Shown here one piece after another: positions 28,570-36,885 of a stretch of DNA of 43,014 bases (position 1 is the stretch's first letter; every line of letters starts with the position of its first letter). The stretch spans positions 1-43,014 of IMG/VR virus record IMGVR_UViG_3300048893_000109. The stretch is one strand, 5' to 3'. The position numbers were made by a program, and so were the translations under genes. The notes beneath the pieces are model-generated. The model saw only the letters and a program-made list of their open reading frames with translations, ran no database searches and had not been told where the DNA came from. The stretch comes from a virus. Lineage: Duplodnaviria; Caudoviricetes.

Positions 28570-30051
28570 CTATATGAGCCACTCTTTAAATTTATCCCCT
28601 TGTAGAGTTGCAGATAAGTCCATCTTCTTACGCAACGCACGAATAAGTTTATCATCCATAGTACCCTCAGCTCTTATATCAATATACGTGACGAATTTAG
28701 TTTGCCCTATACGATGTGCTCGGTCCTCACTTTGTTGTCGATCTTCATTATCAAATGAGTTAGCATAGTAAATAACGAGATTACAAGCAGTCCAAGTATT
28801 GCCGAATTTACCAACACTTTGATTACTCACAATGAATCTACACATGTCGTCATTTTGAATCCGTCCCCTTGCTACCAACCGGTCAGCAAGCTTCGTCTCT
28901 CCCCAGTATCCTACTACTGAATCATCACCAAACTCGGTGGCTATCCGATCCCTAATCTTGTTTAGCGTATAGGGATATGGAGCCCAGATGATAGCTTTAC
29001 CGGTGTGATTGCGTAGGATTTCTATAACTGCATCTGTACGATACTCTGGTATATCGGCAAGCGTGCCATCTTCTTTACGAACATGTCCACAAAGAATATG
29101 TTGCATCTTGCCAAGTTGATCTAACTTAATCTTCGCAGTGCTATATTCATCAGCACTTAGCTTCGCCATAGCGACATTTTTCATCTGCTCATAGATGCGT
29201 CGCTGCTCTGGTGCAAGCTCCACATCCCAGAACTGATAGATCTTTGGCGGCAAGTCTAACACGTCATCTTTGGTGACGCGATAGCTGTATCGCATCATTC
29301 TTTCATGCAATTCTTCCTGGTTACGATAACCGGTGATGACAGTGACGACCTTCTGTTTTTCTGGTGCTGCTTCATTGACTTTATGAGCACGAGGAGTAAA
29401 GTCTACTTTCTCCGTGATAGCATACCGGTTTCTAAAGCCCCAGAAGGTTTTCTGACCAATAATCCTCCAATCTAAGAATTGATATTGGGTGAAGGAATCC
29501 ATAGGACTCTCAGGAACCACTAATCCTGATAAGATTCTTCGACACTGAAAACGAGATGCATTTTCTAGAAGCCACTTAGTTCGTGCCGCAGACTCATGGG
29601 CGATCATTGTAGATTCATCGATAACCCCGATGACGCGTCTTGTGCCGATAAAATCTAATAGATATTTACGCGCTTGACCGGGACGATTAAGTGCTTCGAT
29701 ATTCATACACAGAAATCGAGGACCTTTGGCATAGAGTAAATCATTCAATGCTTTTTGATTCGTCTTATTTCCTCCACTGATCCAAGGCGCATATCGTATT
29801 CTTGGTAAGCTGTCAGGTTCAATCCACTTTTCAAGCTCACCCGGTTCTCCTTCAGCCCCGATCCAATTCATATACGCACCTTTAGGTCCGATGACGACAA
29901 GGTCATCAATCAAACCTTGATTAACTCTATTGAGCCAATCCTCTATAATGCACCGGGACTTACCGGTTCCCATTTCCATCAATAGGGCGTAATTCGGATA
30001 ACGCCACAACCGGTTGACAGCTTCTTGCTGGTGTTGATACATCTGGAACAT
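28570..30051 (-). CDS. SNF2-family (SF2) helicase
   Basis: MEMGTGKS, IDES, QSEDRAHRIGQ motifs. Confidence 0.92.
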   Translation of the reverse strand: MFQMYQHQQEAVNRLWRYPNYALLMEMGTGKSRCIIEDWLNRVNQGLIDDLVVIGPKGAYMNWIGAEGEPGELEKWIEPDSLPRIRYAPWISGGNKTNQKALNDLLYAKGPRFLCMNIEALNRPGQARKYLLDFIGTRRVIGVIDESTMIAHESAARTKWLLENASRFQCRRILSGLVVPESPMDSFTQYQFLDWRIIGQKTFWGFRNRYAITEKVDFTPRAHKVNEAAPEKQKVVTVITGYRNQEELHERMMRYSYRVTKDDVLDLPPKIYQFWDVELAPEQRRIYEQMKNVAMAKLSADEYSTAKIKLDQLGKMQHILCGHVRKEDGTLADIPEYRTDAVIEILRNHTGKAIIWAPYPYTLNKIRDRIATEFGDDSVVGYWGETKLADRLVARGRIQNDDMCRFIVSNQSVGKFGNTWTACNLVIYYANSFDNEDRQQSEDRAHRIGQTKFVTYIDIRAEGTMDDKLIRALRKKMDLSATLQGDKFKEWLI

Positions 30052-30080
30052 GGATGCGCCCTATTGACTTCTATGACTAG

Positions 30081-30109
30081 GCAATACCATATTTAGTCCC
30101 AGATGTAAA
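30081..30109 (-). promoter_or_regulatory. Possible promoter TTTACA-17-(TGn)TATTGC
   Basis: Intergenic upstream of helicase; same -35 as 28296 and 35885. Confidence 0.4.
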
Positions 30110-30126
30110 GGTATTTTAAAGTGAGG

Positions 30127-31038
30127 TTATCGGCGCCCGAATTCTTTCTTGTAAGCAGCACTCGCATAAGGCCATTGACCACCGGTCATTAGTCCTGTGT
30201 AGGCAGCATTTTGATCCCAGTAATTTGCATATTCATAGTTATTGTCACGTAACCACCGACTCATATTAATAATGAATGTTGGATCGTCACCCGAGTTATT
30301 GCCGCAGCATCCCCATTCCGGGAGTGATAGTTTCTTATTATGTGCTTTTGCGAATGTGACTTGTGCCTGTAACCCATGTGCTCCAGTGACGTATCCATTC
30401 CAACGCTGAACCGGGTATAAATCGCTATCACCGTAATGTGCATCATAAATATCCATACCGATGATATCTACGTAAGCATCTCCAGGGTAAACTTGCTCCC
30501 ATGCAATTTCTTGGTCACCGACGTTGACACACCAATCAAATCTGAACATTGGTGATACTGTGCGGAATATTCCAACAATACGCTGGAATGCAGTAATGAA
30601 TGAAACTGGATCTGCCGCCGCGCGCCATGGTTGCCAGTTGCCGTTCATCTCCCAACCAATGCGTATAATAGCGTCTGAAAATCCACTTGTTGCGATACTG
30701 GTCGCAATCTGTTGATAGTTGGTGTCGAACATCCCCGATGCAGCTTGTGCTAAAGTTGAGCCGTCAGCAGGGATCATTGGCACGCTGAATGTTGCGATCG
30801 CACTACCTGCTACAGCCTTGTAGCAGTATGTAGACCAACTCGCATCACTCACCATAGACGACCATGTGTCTTGTGCAAAATTCTCAGTAAAGCCATCAGC
30901 TTTCTTGCCTAGCCATGTACTATATTCAGCAAGATGAGTAACTCCTGAACAACCAGCACCGGCATAGATGCCAATATTGGTGGCTTGCGAAAGTGATGGA
31001 ATTACTGCCAACATAATTCCTAGCAGATACTTTCTCAT
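30127..31038 (-). CDS. Glycoside hydrolase family 26 (beta-mannanase-like) with signal peptide
   Basis: IRIGWEMNGNW (acid/base Glu), YPGD.YVDIIGMDIYD, LPEWG (nucleophile); RBS GAGGAG before MRKYLLGIMLAVIPSLSQA. Confidence 0.85.
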   Translation of the reverse strand: MRKYLLGIMLAVIPSLSQATNIGIYAGAGCSGVTHLAEYSTWLGKKADGFTENFAQDTWSSMVSDASWSTYCYKAVAGSAIATFSVPMIPADGSTLAQAASGMFDTNYQQIATSIATSGFSDAIIRIGWEMNGNWQPWRAAADPVSFITAFQRIVGIFRTVSPMFRFDWCVNVGDQEIAWEQVYPGDAYVDIIGMDIYDAHYGDSDLYPVQRWNGYVTGAHGLQAQVTFAKAHNKKLSLPEWGCCGNNSGDDPTFIINMSRWLRDNNYEYANYWDQNAAYTGLMTGGQWPYASAAYKKEFGRR

Positions 31039-31049
31039 AGCTACTCTCC

Positions 31050-31466
31050 TCATCGCTGAAGAACAAAACCTATTTCCGTGAAGTTCCATTTACTTGGACC
31101 TCCTTCCCACACCCAAGCCTCTACACCGGTTAACCCTTCGTCGTGTAGAATTTCGGCTTGATCTCCTCTCATCAACCACAACTCGTCGACTCCCCATTCT
31201 CTCTTTGAGCGTGGTGTACGCCGCACAGCAATAAACGCGTTGCCACCATAACGGCAACGTTGCATGAGCCATGCAACTTGAAGAGCTTTAATCTGTACAT
31301 AATAGATATGAGTTTGTTTAAATTCTATCCAACCTTGAATACCGGTGGGTGTACAGAACTCACTGTCTGGTATCCCACCGGCAATCGCACCTACCTCAAT
31401 GGTAGACCATTGATATTGTGGGAGTCTCTTACGAAACTCTACTCGAAGCCCACCGTCATCCGCCAT
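31050..31466 (-). CDS. PD-(D/E)xK nuclease (VRR-NUC/Holliday junction resolvase-like)
   Basis: GIPD...WIEFK...Q..W motif. Confidence 0.8.
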   Translation of the reverse strand: MADDGGLRVEFRKRLPQYQWSTIEVGAIAGGIPDSEFCTPTGIQGWIEFKQTHIYYVQIKALQVAWLMQRCRYGGNAFIAVRRTPRSKREWGVDELWLMRGDQAEILHDEGLTGVEAWVWEGGPSKWNFTEIGFVLQR

Positions 31467-32157
31467 TGAATATAGAATCTATAGTATAACGGACATCTGG
31501 GTCTAGATTATTCTGCTTCTTCAACCAAGCTAGGTAATCACAAGGAATATCGCTAAACGATTTACCCTTGTGTTTACCGAACGGCATACTCCGTAGTTGT
31601 ACCGGTCTGCTCGTAAATGCTTCCAGTTGCTCAGGTGAATGAACCTGAAGCATCATCTGCAGAATACCGGTTGTTGTGGCGACATCATAAAGAGCCTGAT
31701 GAGGCATTCGTACTTTGACATCAGACGCTATTGACAAATTAGGCTTGATATTCAGCCAATACCGGAGAACTTGGTTACTGTGTCCTGGAGCATCTGGCCA
31801 GATGTGCTTGCTCGCCCTGAGCGTACATAACCATGGTCGCGCAAGCTCCGGGAGAAACTGGCGATCAAAAGCCACGTTATGAGCAGCAAGGATAGTATCA
31901 GGCTCAATCTCATGCAAAAGATCTGCAATTGCTTGTGCTCTCGTTACGGCACCATATTTCGCAGTAAGCATGGAAGGCTCAATATGATTTTGGGCTTGAG
32001 CTTTCGGGCTCAAAGGTCCGCTGAATTGAATATACTTCTCGTAACTCGACACCGGTTTCCATGTCGGGGCTTCAAGAACCATCCAAGCGAGCTCAATCAT
32101 CGCCCCACCGTTCTCCGGAAGGTCGGAAGTTTCGGTATCCAAGACTATGAGTCTCAT
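31456..32157 (-). CDS. DEDDh 3'-5' exonuclease (exodeoxyribonuclease X-like)
   Basis: LDTET, AHN..FD, H.ALYD motifs; C-terminal MPFGKHKG...YL.WL. Confidence 0.88.
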   Translation of the reverse strand: MRLIVLDTETSDLPENGGAMIELAWMVLEAPTWKPVSSYEKYIQFSGPLSPKAQAQNHIEPSMLTAKYGAVTRAQAIADLLHEIEPDTILAAHNVAFDRQFLPELARPWLCTLRASKHIWPDAPGHSNQVLRYWLNIKPNLSIASDVKVRMPHQALYDVATTTGILQMMLQVHSPEQLEAFTSRPVQLRSMPFGKHKGKSFSDIPCDYLAWLKKQNNLDPDVRYTIDSIFNGG

Positions 32158-32166
32158 GAGAGCTCC

Positions 32167-32198
32167 AAAAAATCCCCATTAGGGCATTCCTAATGGGG
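32167..32198 (-). terminator. Rho-independent terminator
   Basis: CCCCATTAGG/CCTAATGGGG 10-bp stem followed by U6 on - strand. Confidence 0.8.
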
Positions 32199-32229
32199 TG
32201 AGTTAATTTGAGCAGATTTCCGGGTTAGC

Positions 32230-32823
32230 TTACGCTGCGGCCGGTTGTTCTGCCTCTTGGTCTTCCGTAGCTGCTTCAGCTTTCTTCTTGCGCGGCTTCG
32301 CGACTTTTGGAGGCGGCGGTGGCGGAATATCGACGACTTCCGGACCAACATGGATCAGGTTTCGTTTCGGGTCCGTATCCCAACGAATATCATTCCACAC
32401 TTCGCCGACGCTTCGGCTGTGCGGTTCCGCGGTCATGATGTCGACATATTCCTTGATCGTCATACCGGTTTGGTAAACGTTATAACGAATCGATGCTGCA
32501 CCGCTCTTGGCATCAGGTTTCAGTACAGTAATGACCTGATCATCCGCGTATCGCGGGAGCCGTTGCCGAGTTCCTTTCGGCTTAGGTTCTTTGGTTTCAG
32601 TCTCGGTCCCGGCTTCAGTCTCTACGGATGCAGTATCGGATGTGTGATCTTCACCGTTAACGATGACGGGATCAACAGCATGGGCTTCGATTTCCACTGG
32701 AAATTCTCCGTTGGTGGCTTCTTGTTCTGCCACAACCGGAACTTCTGTATGAACCGGTTTGGCTTTGGCTTTGGGAGTCCGCTTCTTGCCATCAGTGACC
32801 GCGGACTCGTGCACTACAGACAT
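32230..32823 (-). CDS. Hypothetical protein; acidic/Lys-rich disordered ends with small folded core, possibly DNA-binding
   Basis: RBS GGAGG; own promoter and terminator; core K.G....RY..Y..GMT..EY...DI.WD. Confidence 0.75.
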   Translation of the reverse strand: MSVVHESAVTDGKKRTPKAKAKPVHTEVPVVAEQEATNGEFPVEIEAHAVDPVIVNGEDHTSDTASVETEAGTETETKEPKPKGTRQRLPRYADDQVITVLKPDAKSGAASIRYNVYQTGMTIKEYVDIMTAEPHSRSVGEVWNDIRWDTDPKRNLIHVGPEVVDIPPPPPPKVAKPRKKKAEAATEDQEAEQPAAA

Positions 32824-32850
32824 CGTGATCCTCCATCGATGCTACTCTGT

Positions 32851-32879
32851 ACTATACTATCGCTCGCAACGAAATGCAA
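32851..32879 (-). promoter_or_regulatory. Sigma70-like promoter TTGCAT-17-TATAGT
   Basis: Near-consensus, upstream of 32823; same hexamers as the 20369 promoter. Confidence 0.7.
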
Positions 32880-32893
32880 TAGGGCGGCGAAAA

Positions 32894-34915
32894 TTATTTT
32901 TTGAGTTCCCCCCAACTCTTGCCGATCTTAGTATCGGTCAGCATCGGAATAGTAATTTGAGGCATGGCCTCTTCCATTATTTTTGCACAAATTGCAATAT
33001 GGTTTGGATCAGCAAAACTAAATCCAAGCTCATCATGGATTTGGAGCAACGGTGGGTACCCTGCTTGATGCACTTGAACCATGGCGAGTTTGACTTGGCG
33101 GGCCGCGGTTCCTTGTATCATACGATTAAAGGCTTTATGTGTAAATGCTCTCTTCATACGTTCACCTGACCAAGGATGACTAGGGTCTCTAATTCGTTTT
33201 TGCATTTCTTCAATATGACATGGTGTGACACCAGCCGCACCAAATTTTCTCTTGTATTCTAATTCCTTATTCCAGTCACGATATATTGGCTCCCATAAAT
33301 TGAAATGATTACGAGCCCCATCTAGCATCTCGATGTAACCTTGCCGGTTAGCAAATCGAGAATACCATTCTGCAACTTCTTTCACGAACGGCAATTCAGT
33401 ATCATATTGAAGCATCGTTGCTTTTGCTTCCTCCTCACTCATACCGGTCATTAATGCGAATTTAGCGACACCGGCTCCATATGACTTTGCAAAGTTAACG
33501 TCTTTAGCTCTGCGTCTCTGGAGTCTTGTGATTTCAGAAACATAATTATGAAAGTCTGTGTCCGGATTAGACCGGTACATATCTGCGGCTTTCTTAGCTC
33601 CAGTACAGCCTTGCAATTCCGCCGTAAAGACAATCAACCGGTATTCTTGCTGTCGGTAATCAATGCTCCCCCAAACTTCTCCGTCCTCAGGTATAAAACA
33701 TGAGCGTATAAGTGGAGCCCACTCATCATCACGACTTGGCATTTGTTGAAGCGGTGGGTCCGCGTATGAAAACCGGTGTGATCGTGCTCCTCCGGTTTCA
33801 CTGCGAAATTGGTTAACTGAGGGGTAGACCCGACCCTTGTGAGCGTATCCTAGGATAAATTTCTCAAGAAACTTATCAGCTAGATCATACTGATGTTTAA
33901 TCTTATGACAAGTTCTAGGAAACCAATGTTCATGAGATGCCATAAAATTTTTTTCAAAACTAGCTTGTCCATTATCATATGTTTCGGACTTCTGGGTCCG
34001 GGGATACCAAAGATCCATTTTCTGGAATTGAGCTTCTAACCAACGAGAACGACGCAGTTCATTAATAGTTACCCGTTCCTCAAGCTTGTCGCTCAACTTC
34101 ACTAATTCCTGATCACAACGTCCCTTGATATCTGCAATCAACCGGTTGGTGCGTATTGCATCAATACGAATACCTCGTTGCTTCATAGACAGTGTGATAG
34201 GCATTAGATCTCGTTCAACTTGATAAGCAAAATTAAGATTCTCCGCTGACAGCAATGGACGCAACCGGTGGGCAAGAGCCAGCGTGCTTGCTGCATCTTG
34301 CTCAGCGTATGGTCCTACGTGGTCTGGAGGTAATTCAAAGAGCATGCTCTTGACTTGGTTAGGAGGTACTCGTCGTAAAGCCATGGCTTCGCGCAACCCA
34401 GTTTCATCCTTACCCGGTAATCCTTGCCAATGGCACAAGCCATCTAGTGAATAGTCGGGTCTGTTTTCATCAATCATCGACGCCATAGCACCAGTATCGT
34501 CGAGAAGAAGCGGTGGCTTAACACCGAACTCAGCATTAATCCATCCCCAGTCATACGCGAAGTTATGGAAAACAAACCGGGTATGGTCTTGTCTTGCAAG
34601 TCGCTGTATCCACCGCTTGACAAGATCGTGGTCGAAGTATTGGCGTCGAGCATGGCGCAAGGGTATGTAGATGGATTGATCACGCCATGCTGCGGAAATT
34701 CCGGCAATATGGCCGGTCTTGGGGCTACTTCTATCAAACAAGCAAAATCCGGGTCCAGTGCCCTTCTTAAGTCCTGGATCACAGGTTTCGGTATCGATGG
34801 CAATTTCAGTCTCCCTAGATAGGTCTGGCAATTCCGTTGGCATCACCCAACCGGTATAAGCATCCATACCCGGTAAAATGCCTTGATCAAAGTTGGGTTG
34901 CTTCTTGCCAGCCAT
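32894..34915 (-). CDS. polA: Family A DNA polymerase with 3'-5' exonuclease domain
   Basis: DTET/HN..YD/YA..D exo motifs; DYRQQEYR (A), RRRAKDVNFAKSYG (B, Phe at 762-equivalent), QIHDEL (C). Confidence 0.95.
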   Translation of the reverse strand: MAGKKQPNFDQGILPGMDAYTGWVMPTELPDLSRETEIAIDTETCDPGLKKGTGPGFCLFDRSSPKTGHIAGISAAWRDQSIYIPLRHARRQYFDHDLVKRWIQRLARQDHTRFVFHNFAYDWGWINAEFGVKPPLLLDDTGAMASMIDENRPDYSLDGLCHWQGLPGKDETGLREAMALRRVPPNQVKSMLFELPPDHVGPYAEQDAASTLALAHRLRPLLSAENLNFAYQVERDLMPITLSMKQRGIRIDAIRTNRLIADIKGRCDQELVKLSDKLEERVTINELRRSRWLEAQFQKMDLWYPRTQKSETYDNGQASFEKNFMASHEHWFPRTCHKIKHQYDLADKFLEKFILGYAHKGRVYPSVNQFRSETGGARSHRFSYADPPLQQMPSRDDEWAPLIRSCFIPEDGEVWGSIDYRQQEYRLIVFTAELQGCTGAKKAADMYRSNPDTDFHNYVSEITRLQRRRAKDVNFAKSYGAGVAKFALMTGMSEEEAKATMLQYDTELPFVKEVAEWYSRFANRQGYIEMLDGARNHFNLWEPIYRDWNKELEYKRKFGAAGVTPCHIEEMQKRIRDPSHPWSGERMKRAFTHKAFNRMIQGTAARQVKLAMVQVHQAGYPPLLQIHDELGFSFADPNHIAICAKIMEEAMPQITIPMLTDTKIGKSWGELKK

Positions 34916-34917
34916 GG

Positions 34918-35112
34918 CTATTTCACCTTGGTCATGAGTTGGATATAGTTGCGCATATGTTCTTCGGTGACCGGGTAGCTAGCTTGCAGCTTCTCGTCAT
35001 TTGTCATAACGATGTACTGTGGATTGTCTAATAGACGAGCAGTCTCCAGTACCAGCCACCCTCGCGGCCATCGCTCAAGCGGTGTTGTTGACGGGTGTCG
35101 CTTAATGTTCAT
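34918..35112 (-). CDS. Hypothetical protein
   Basis: Tiles between neighbours in operon. Confidence 0.6.
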   Translation of the reverse strand: MNIKRHPSTTPLERWPRGWLVLETARLLDNPQYIVMTNDEKLQASYPVTEEHMRNYIQLMTKVK

Positions 35113-35305
35113 GGGGCATACCTTGTCTACACATTTCGCATTGTGGGAAGCGTAACATAGTTTTTAATCGTTCTTGTGTAATATAGATTATATTAGCATC
35201 GCATTCTCTACAACTGATCATTAATCCGTCTTGGACCAGAGCCACATTATTTCCTCGGTATTTTCCTTTTTCGGTGCACTTGCGACAGTGAAGAAACAAT
35301 TTCAT
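35102..35305 (-). CDS. Small Cys-rich (zinc-binding) protein
   Basis: RBS GGAGGAGGAG, ATGA overlap; CxxC x3. Confidence 0.65.
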   Translation of the reverse strand: MKLFLHCRKCTEKGKYRGNNVALVQDGLMISCRECDANIIYITQERLKTMLRFPQCEMCRQGMPHEH

Positions 35306-35499
35306 TTTATCTCCTCCTCCAGTTTCAACCAACCGGTTGTTTCTTGCAGAATGCCGTTTCCAATTTTCAACTGAGCAAAAATCCGTTGTCCGCATTCGGA
35401 GCAGTAATTAGGTAGTCGTGAGTTAACGTAACATAGGAGCGCATGGCAGCACGGTGTTTCTATTAAGCGGAACGGCACTTTTTGCGTGGTGGTGGCCAT
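35302..35499 (-). CDS. Small zinc-ribbon protein
   Basis: PCC...YCSECG; RBS GAGG. Confidence 0.65.
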   Translation of the reverse strand: MATTTQKVPFRLIETPCCHALLCYVNSRLPNYCSECGQRIFAQLKIGNGILQETTGWLKLEEEIK

Positions 35500-35524
35500 G
35501 GTAGAATGCCTCGTAGTGCCCGGT

Positions 35525-35544
35525 AAACCTATCGCCCATGCGTT
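35525..35544 (+). repeat. 20-bp direct repeat copy 2 (AAACCTATCGCCCATGCGTT)
   Basis: Exact match to 22851-22870. Confidence 0.9.
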
Positions 35545-35626
35545 GCACCGGTGGGGCCGGTGGGTGGCTTAAGCTGCGGTTACTAAACTTATAGGCGGGG
35601 CTTACACGGCTTATTTTGCACCATTT
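35533..35626. other. TC/GA-free tract C (94 nt)
   Basis: No TC or GA between TC at 35532-35533 and TC at 35626-35627. Confidence 0.85.
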
Positions 35627-35741
35627 CTAAAGAATTAAGATCTGCTACTCTATTTAACAAGTAATTTCTATTTCTAATCTTTTTACTTTTATTAAACTTC
35701 TTTGATAATCTTTTTCTTGTAGTCGCTATTTTTGGAGGCAT
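35589..35741 (-). CDS. Small basic peptide (50 aa) below ORF-track cutoff
   Basis: MPPKIATTRKRLSKKFNKSKKIRNRNYLLNRVADLNSLEMVQNKPCKPRL; GGAG RBS 8 nt upstream. Confidence 0.5.
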   Translation of the reverse strand: MPPKIATTRKRLSKKFNKSKKIRNRNYLLNRVADLNSLEMVQNKPCKPRL

Positions 35742-35766
35742 AATTTAATCTCCGTACAAAGAGGGT

Positions 35767-35855
35767 CCCCGACCCAGAACTCCTATAGGGGGACTATAGA
35801 ATTTCGGTGGCTTGCCAGGGTTACCACATCCAGGGGTACCAACGCCGAGCCGGGG
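35767..35855 (-). ncRNA. Candidate structured RNA / 5' leader
   Basis: On - strand CCCCGGCTC pairs with GGGTCGGGG (G-U wobbles) enclosing hairpin CCGAAATTCTATAG-TCCCC-CTATAGGAGTTCTGG; begins right after a promoter. Confidence 0.4.
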
Positions 35856-35890
35856 GTGCCATGTATAGCATATGGCACCGTGATTGTAAA
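35855..35890 (-). promoter_or_regulatory. Promoter TTTACA-17-(TGn)TATACA with inverted repeat across the -10
   Basis: -35 at 35885-35890, -10 at 35862-35867; GGTGCCAT-N9-ATGGCACC at 35855-35879. Confidence 0.55.
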
Positions 35891-35891
35891 G

Positions 35892-36281
35892 CTAGGCGTT
35901 AGCGATATGATTATCAATCATACCGTCTAGGATTTCTTTCGCATCCTCATAGTCTTTATGGTCTGTTGCCGAACACACGAGGAAGATAAATCGCAACTCG
36001 TCTGTCTCCAACTGGTTGATAAAACCGTATCGACGTATCTTGTTAAAGATATCGTCTCTCGGTATGATTCTACTCCTGGGGTACTTGGGCGTCTCCATGA
36101 TCTTCTCCAGATAATGGAGTGACTTCTCTAAGTCTTGTTTGCCTCCTTTCTTGCGCCAGCGCGCCACATAGCAAGCGGTACTTCCTTCCATATAATCCAA
36201 TTCTAAATCGACCGCGAGGTCCCAGAACTGATATGCGGATTGATAGTGGTTGCCACCCACTTGTCGGTCATTTGCGCCCAT
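35892..36281 (-). CDS. DUF3310 (SaV-like) nucleotide-modification-associated protein
   Basis: QVGG.HY...EG....Y..RW..KGG..DL.K..HYL motif. Confidence 0.85.
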   Translation of the reverse strand: MGANDRQVGGNHYQSAYQFWDLAVDLELDYMEGSTACYVARWRKKGGKQDLEKSLHYLEKIMETPKYPRSRIIPRDDIFNKIRRYGFINQLETDELRFIFLVCSATDHKDYEDAKEILDGMIDNHIANA

Positions 36282-36282
36282 G

Positions 36283-36885
36283 TCACACCTTCCTCTTATC
36301 CCAAGTGTTGTTCCAACATGGTGGATGCCACCATGGATTGCTTACACTTTCATCACTAAGATGTGATGGCATGAAGAAATGTGCGATCCTTGTCTGTACA
36401 TATTGCACAAACCGAGGACTTACATCCTGACCGTAGATATAACCTAGACACCGGTCAGCTATCGGCCAGCCGTAGTGATTCCCCAGAGTAACTTCATGCA
36501 TCCCAAACTCAGCCATCTCCATCATCTCGATTTGTTTAACGAGTTGCTTTTCTTCAGGTTGGAGAGACACCGGTAGTTCTATGTTCCAGTAGACCATTTG
36601 AGTATCTACTGCCGCAAACTCCAACCCATCCATGATCTCCTTCAATGGAGGGTTGTTGTGCTTGATCGGATAGGGCACATCACCGGTTGTAATTTCCCCT
36701 GCGTCGTGCATGATAATGTGTCTCATGACGACTTGGTTGATAGGACCCTCGCATACTGCGAGGTAGATACGTAGCAGTTGCCACGTATGTTCTGCCACCG
36801 TTTGCTTGTGAATAGTGGGCCACGTGTGATACCTGAGCACTTGACCAGCGAGGCGGGTATCAATTAGAATTTGTTCTGGTGTCAT
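36283..36885 (-). CDS. HD-domain 5'-deoxynucleotidase (YfbR-like)
   Basis: RYHT...TVAEH...HD..E..TGD.P.P.K; RBS AAGGAGG favours ATG 36885. Confidence 0.85.
   Translation of the reverse strand: MTPEQILIDTRLAGQVLRYHTWPTIHKQTVAEHTWQLLRIYLAVCEGPINQVVMRHIIMHDAGEITTGDVPYPIKHNNPPLKEIMDGLEFAAVDTQMVYWNIELPVSLQPEEKQLVKQIEMMEMAEFGMHEVTLGNHYGWPIADRCLGYIYGQDVSPRFVQYVQTRIAHFFMPSHLSDESVSNPWWHPPCWNNTWDKRKV

Noticed and set aside
32245-32904. 219-aa + strand ORF
   Set aside because: Antisense shadow of 32230..32823, which has the promoter, RBS and terminator; composition (F/R-rich) typical of shadow frames
35767-35855. tRNA gene
   Set aside because: No TTCRA T-loop or cloverleaf spacing; kept only as a generic structured RNA candidate
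36283-36885. HD protein as DatZ of a 2-aminoadenine (Z) genome
   Set aside because: No purZ-like gene in window; neighbours indicate pyrimidine modification
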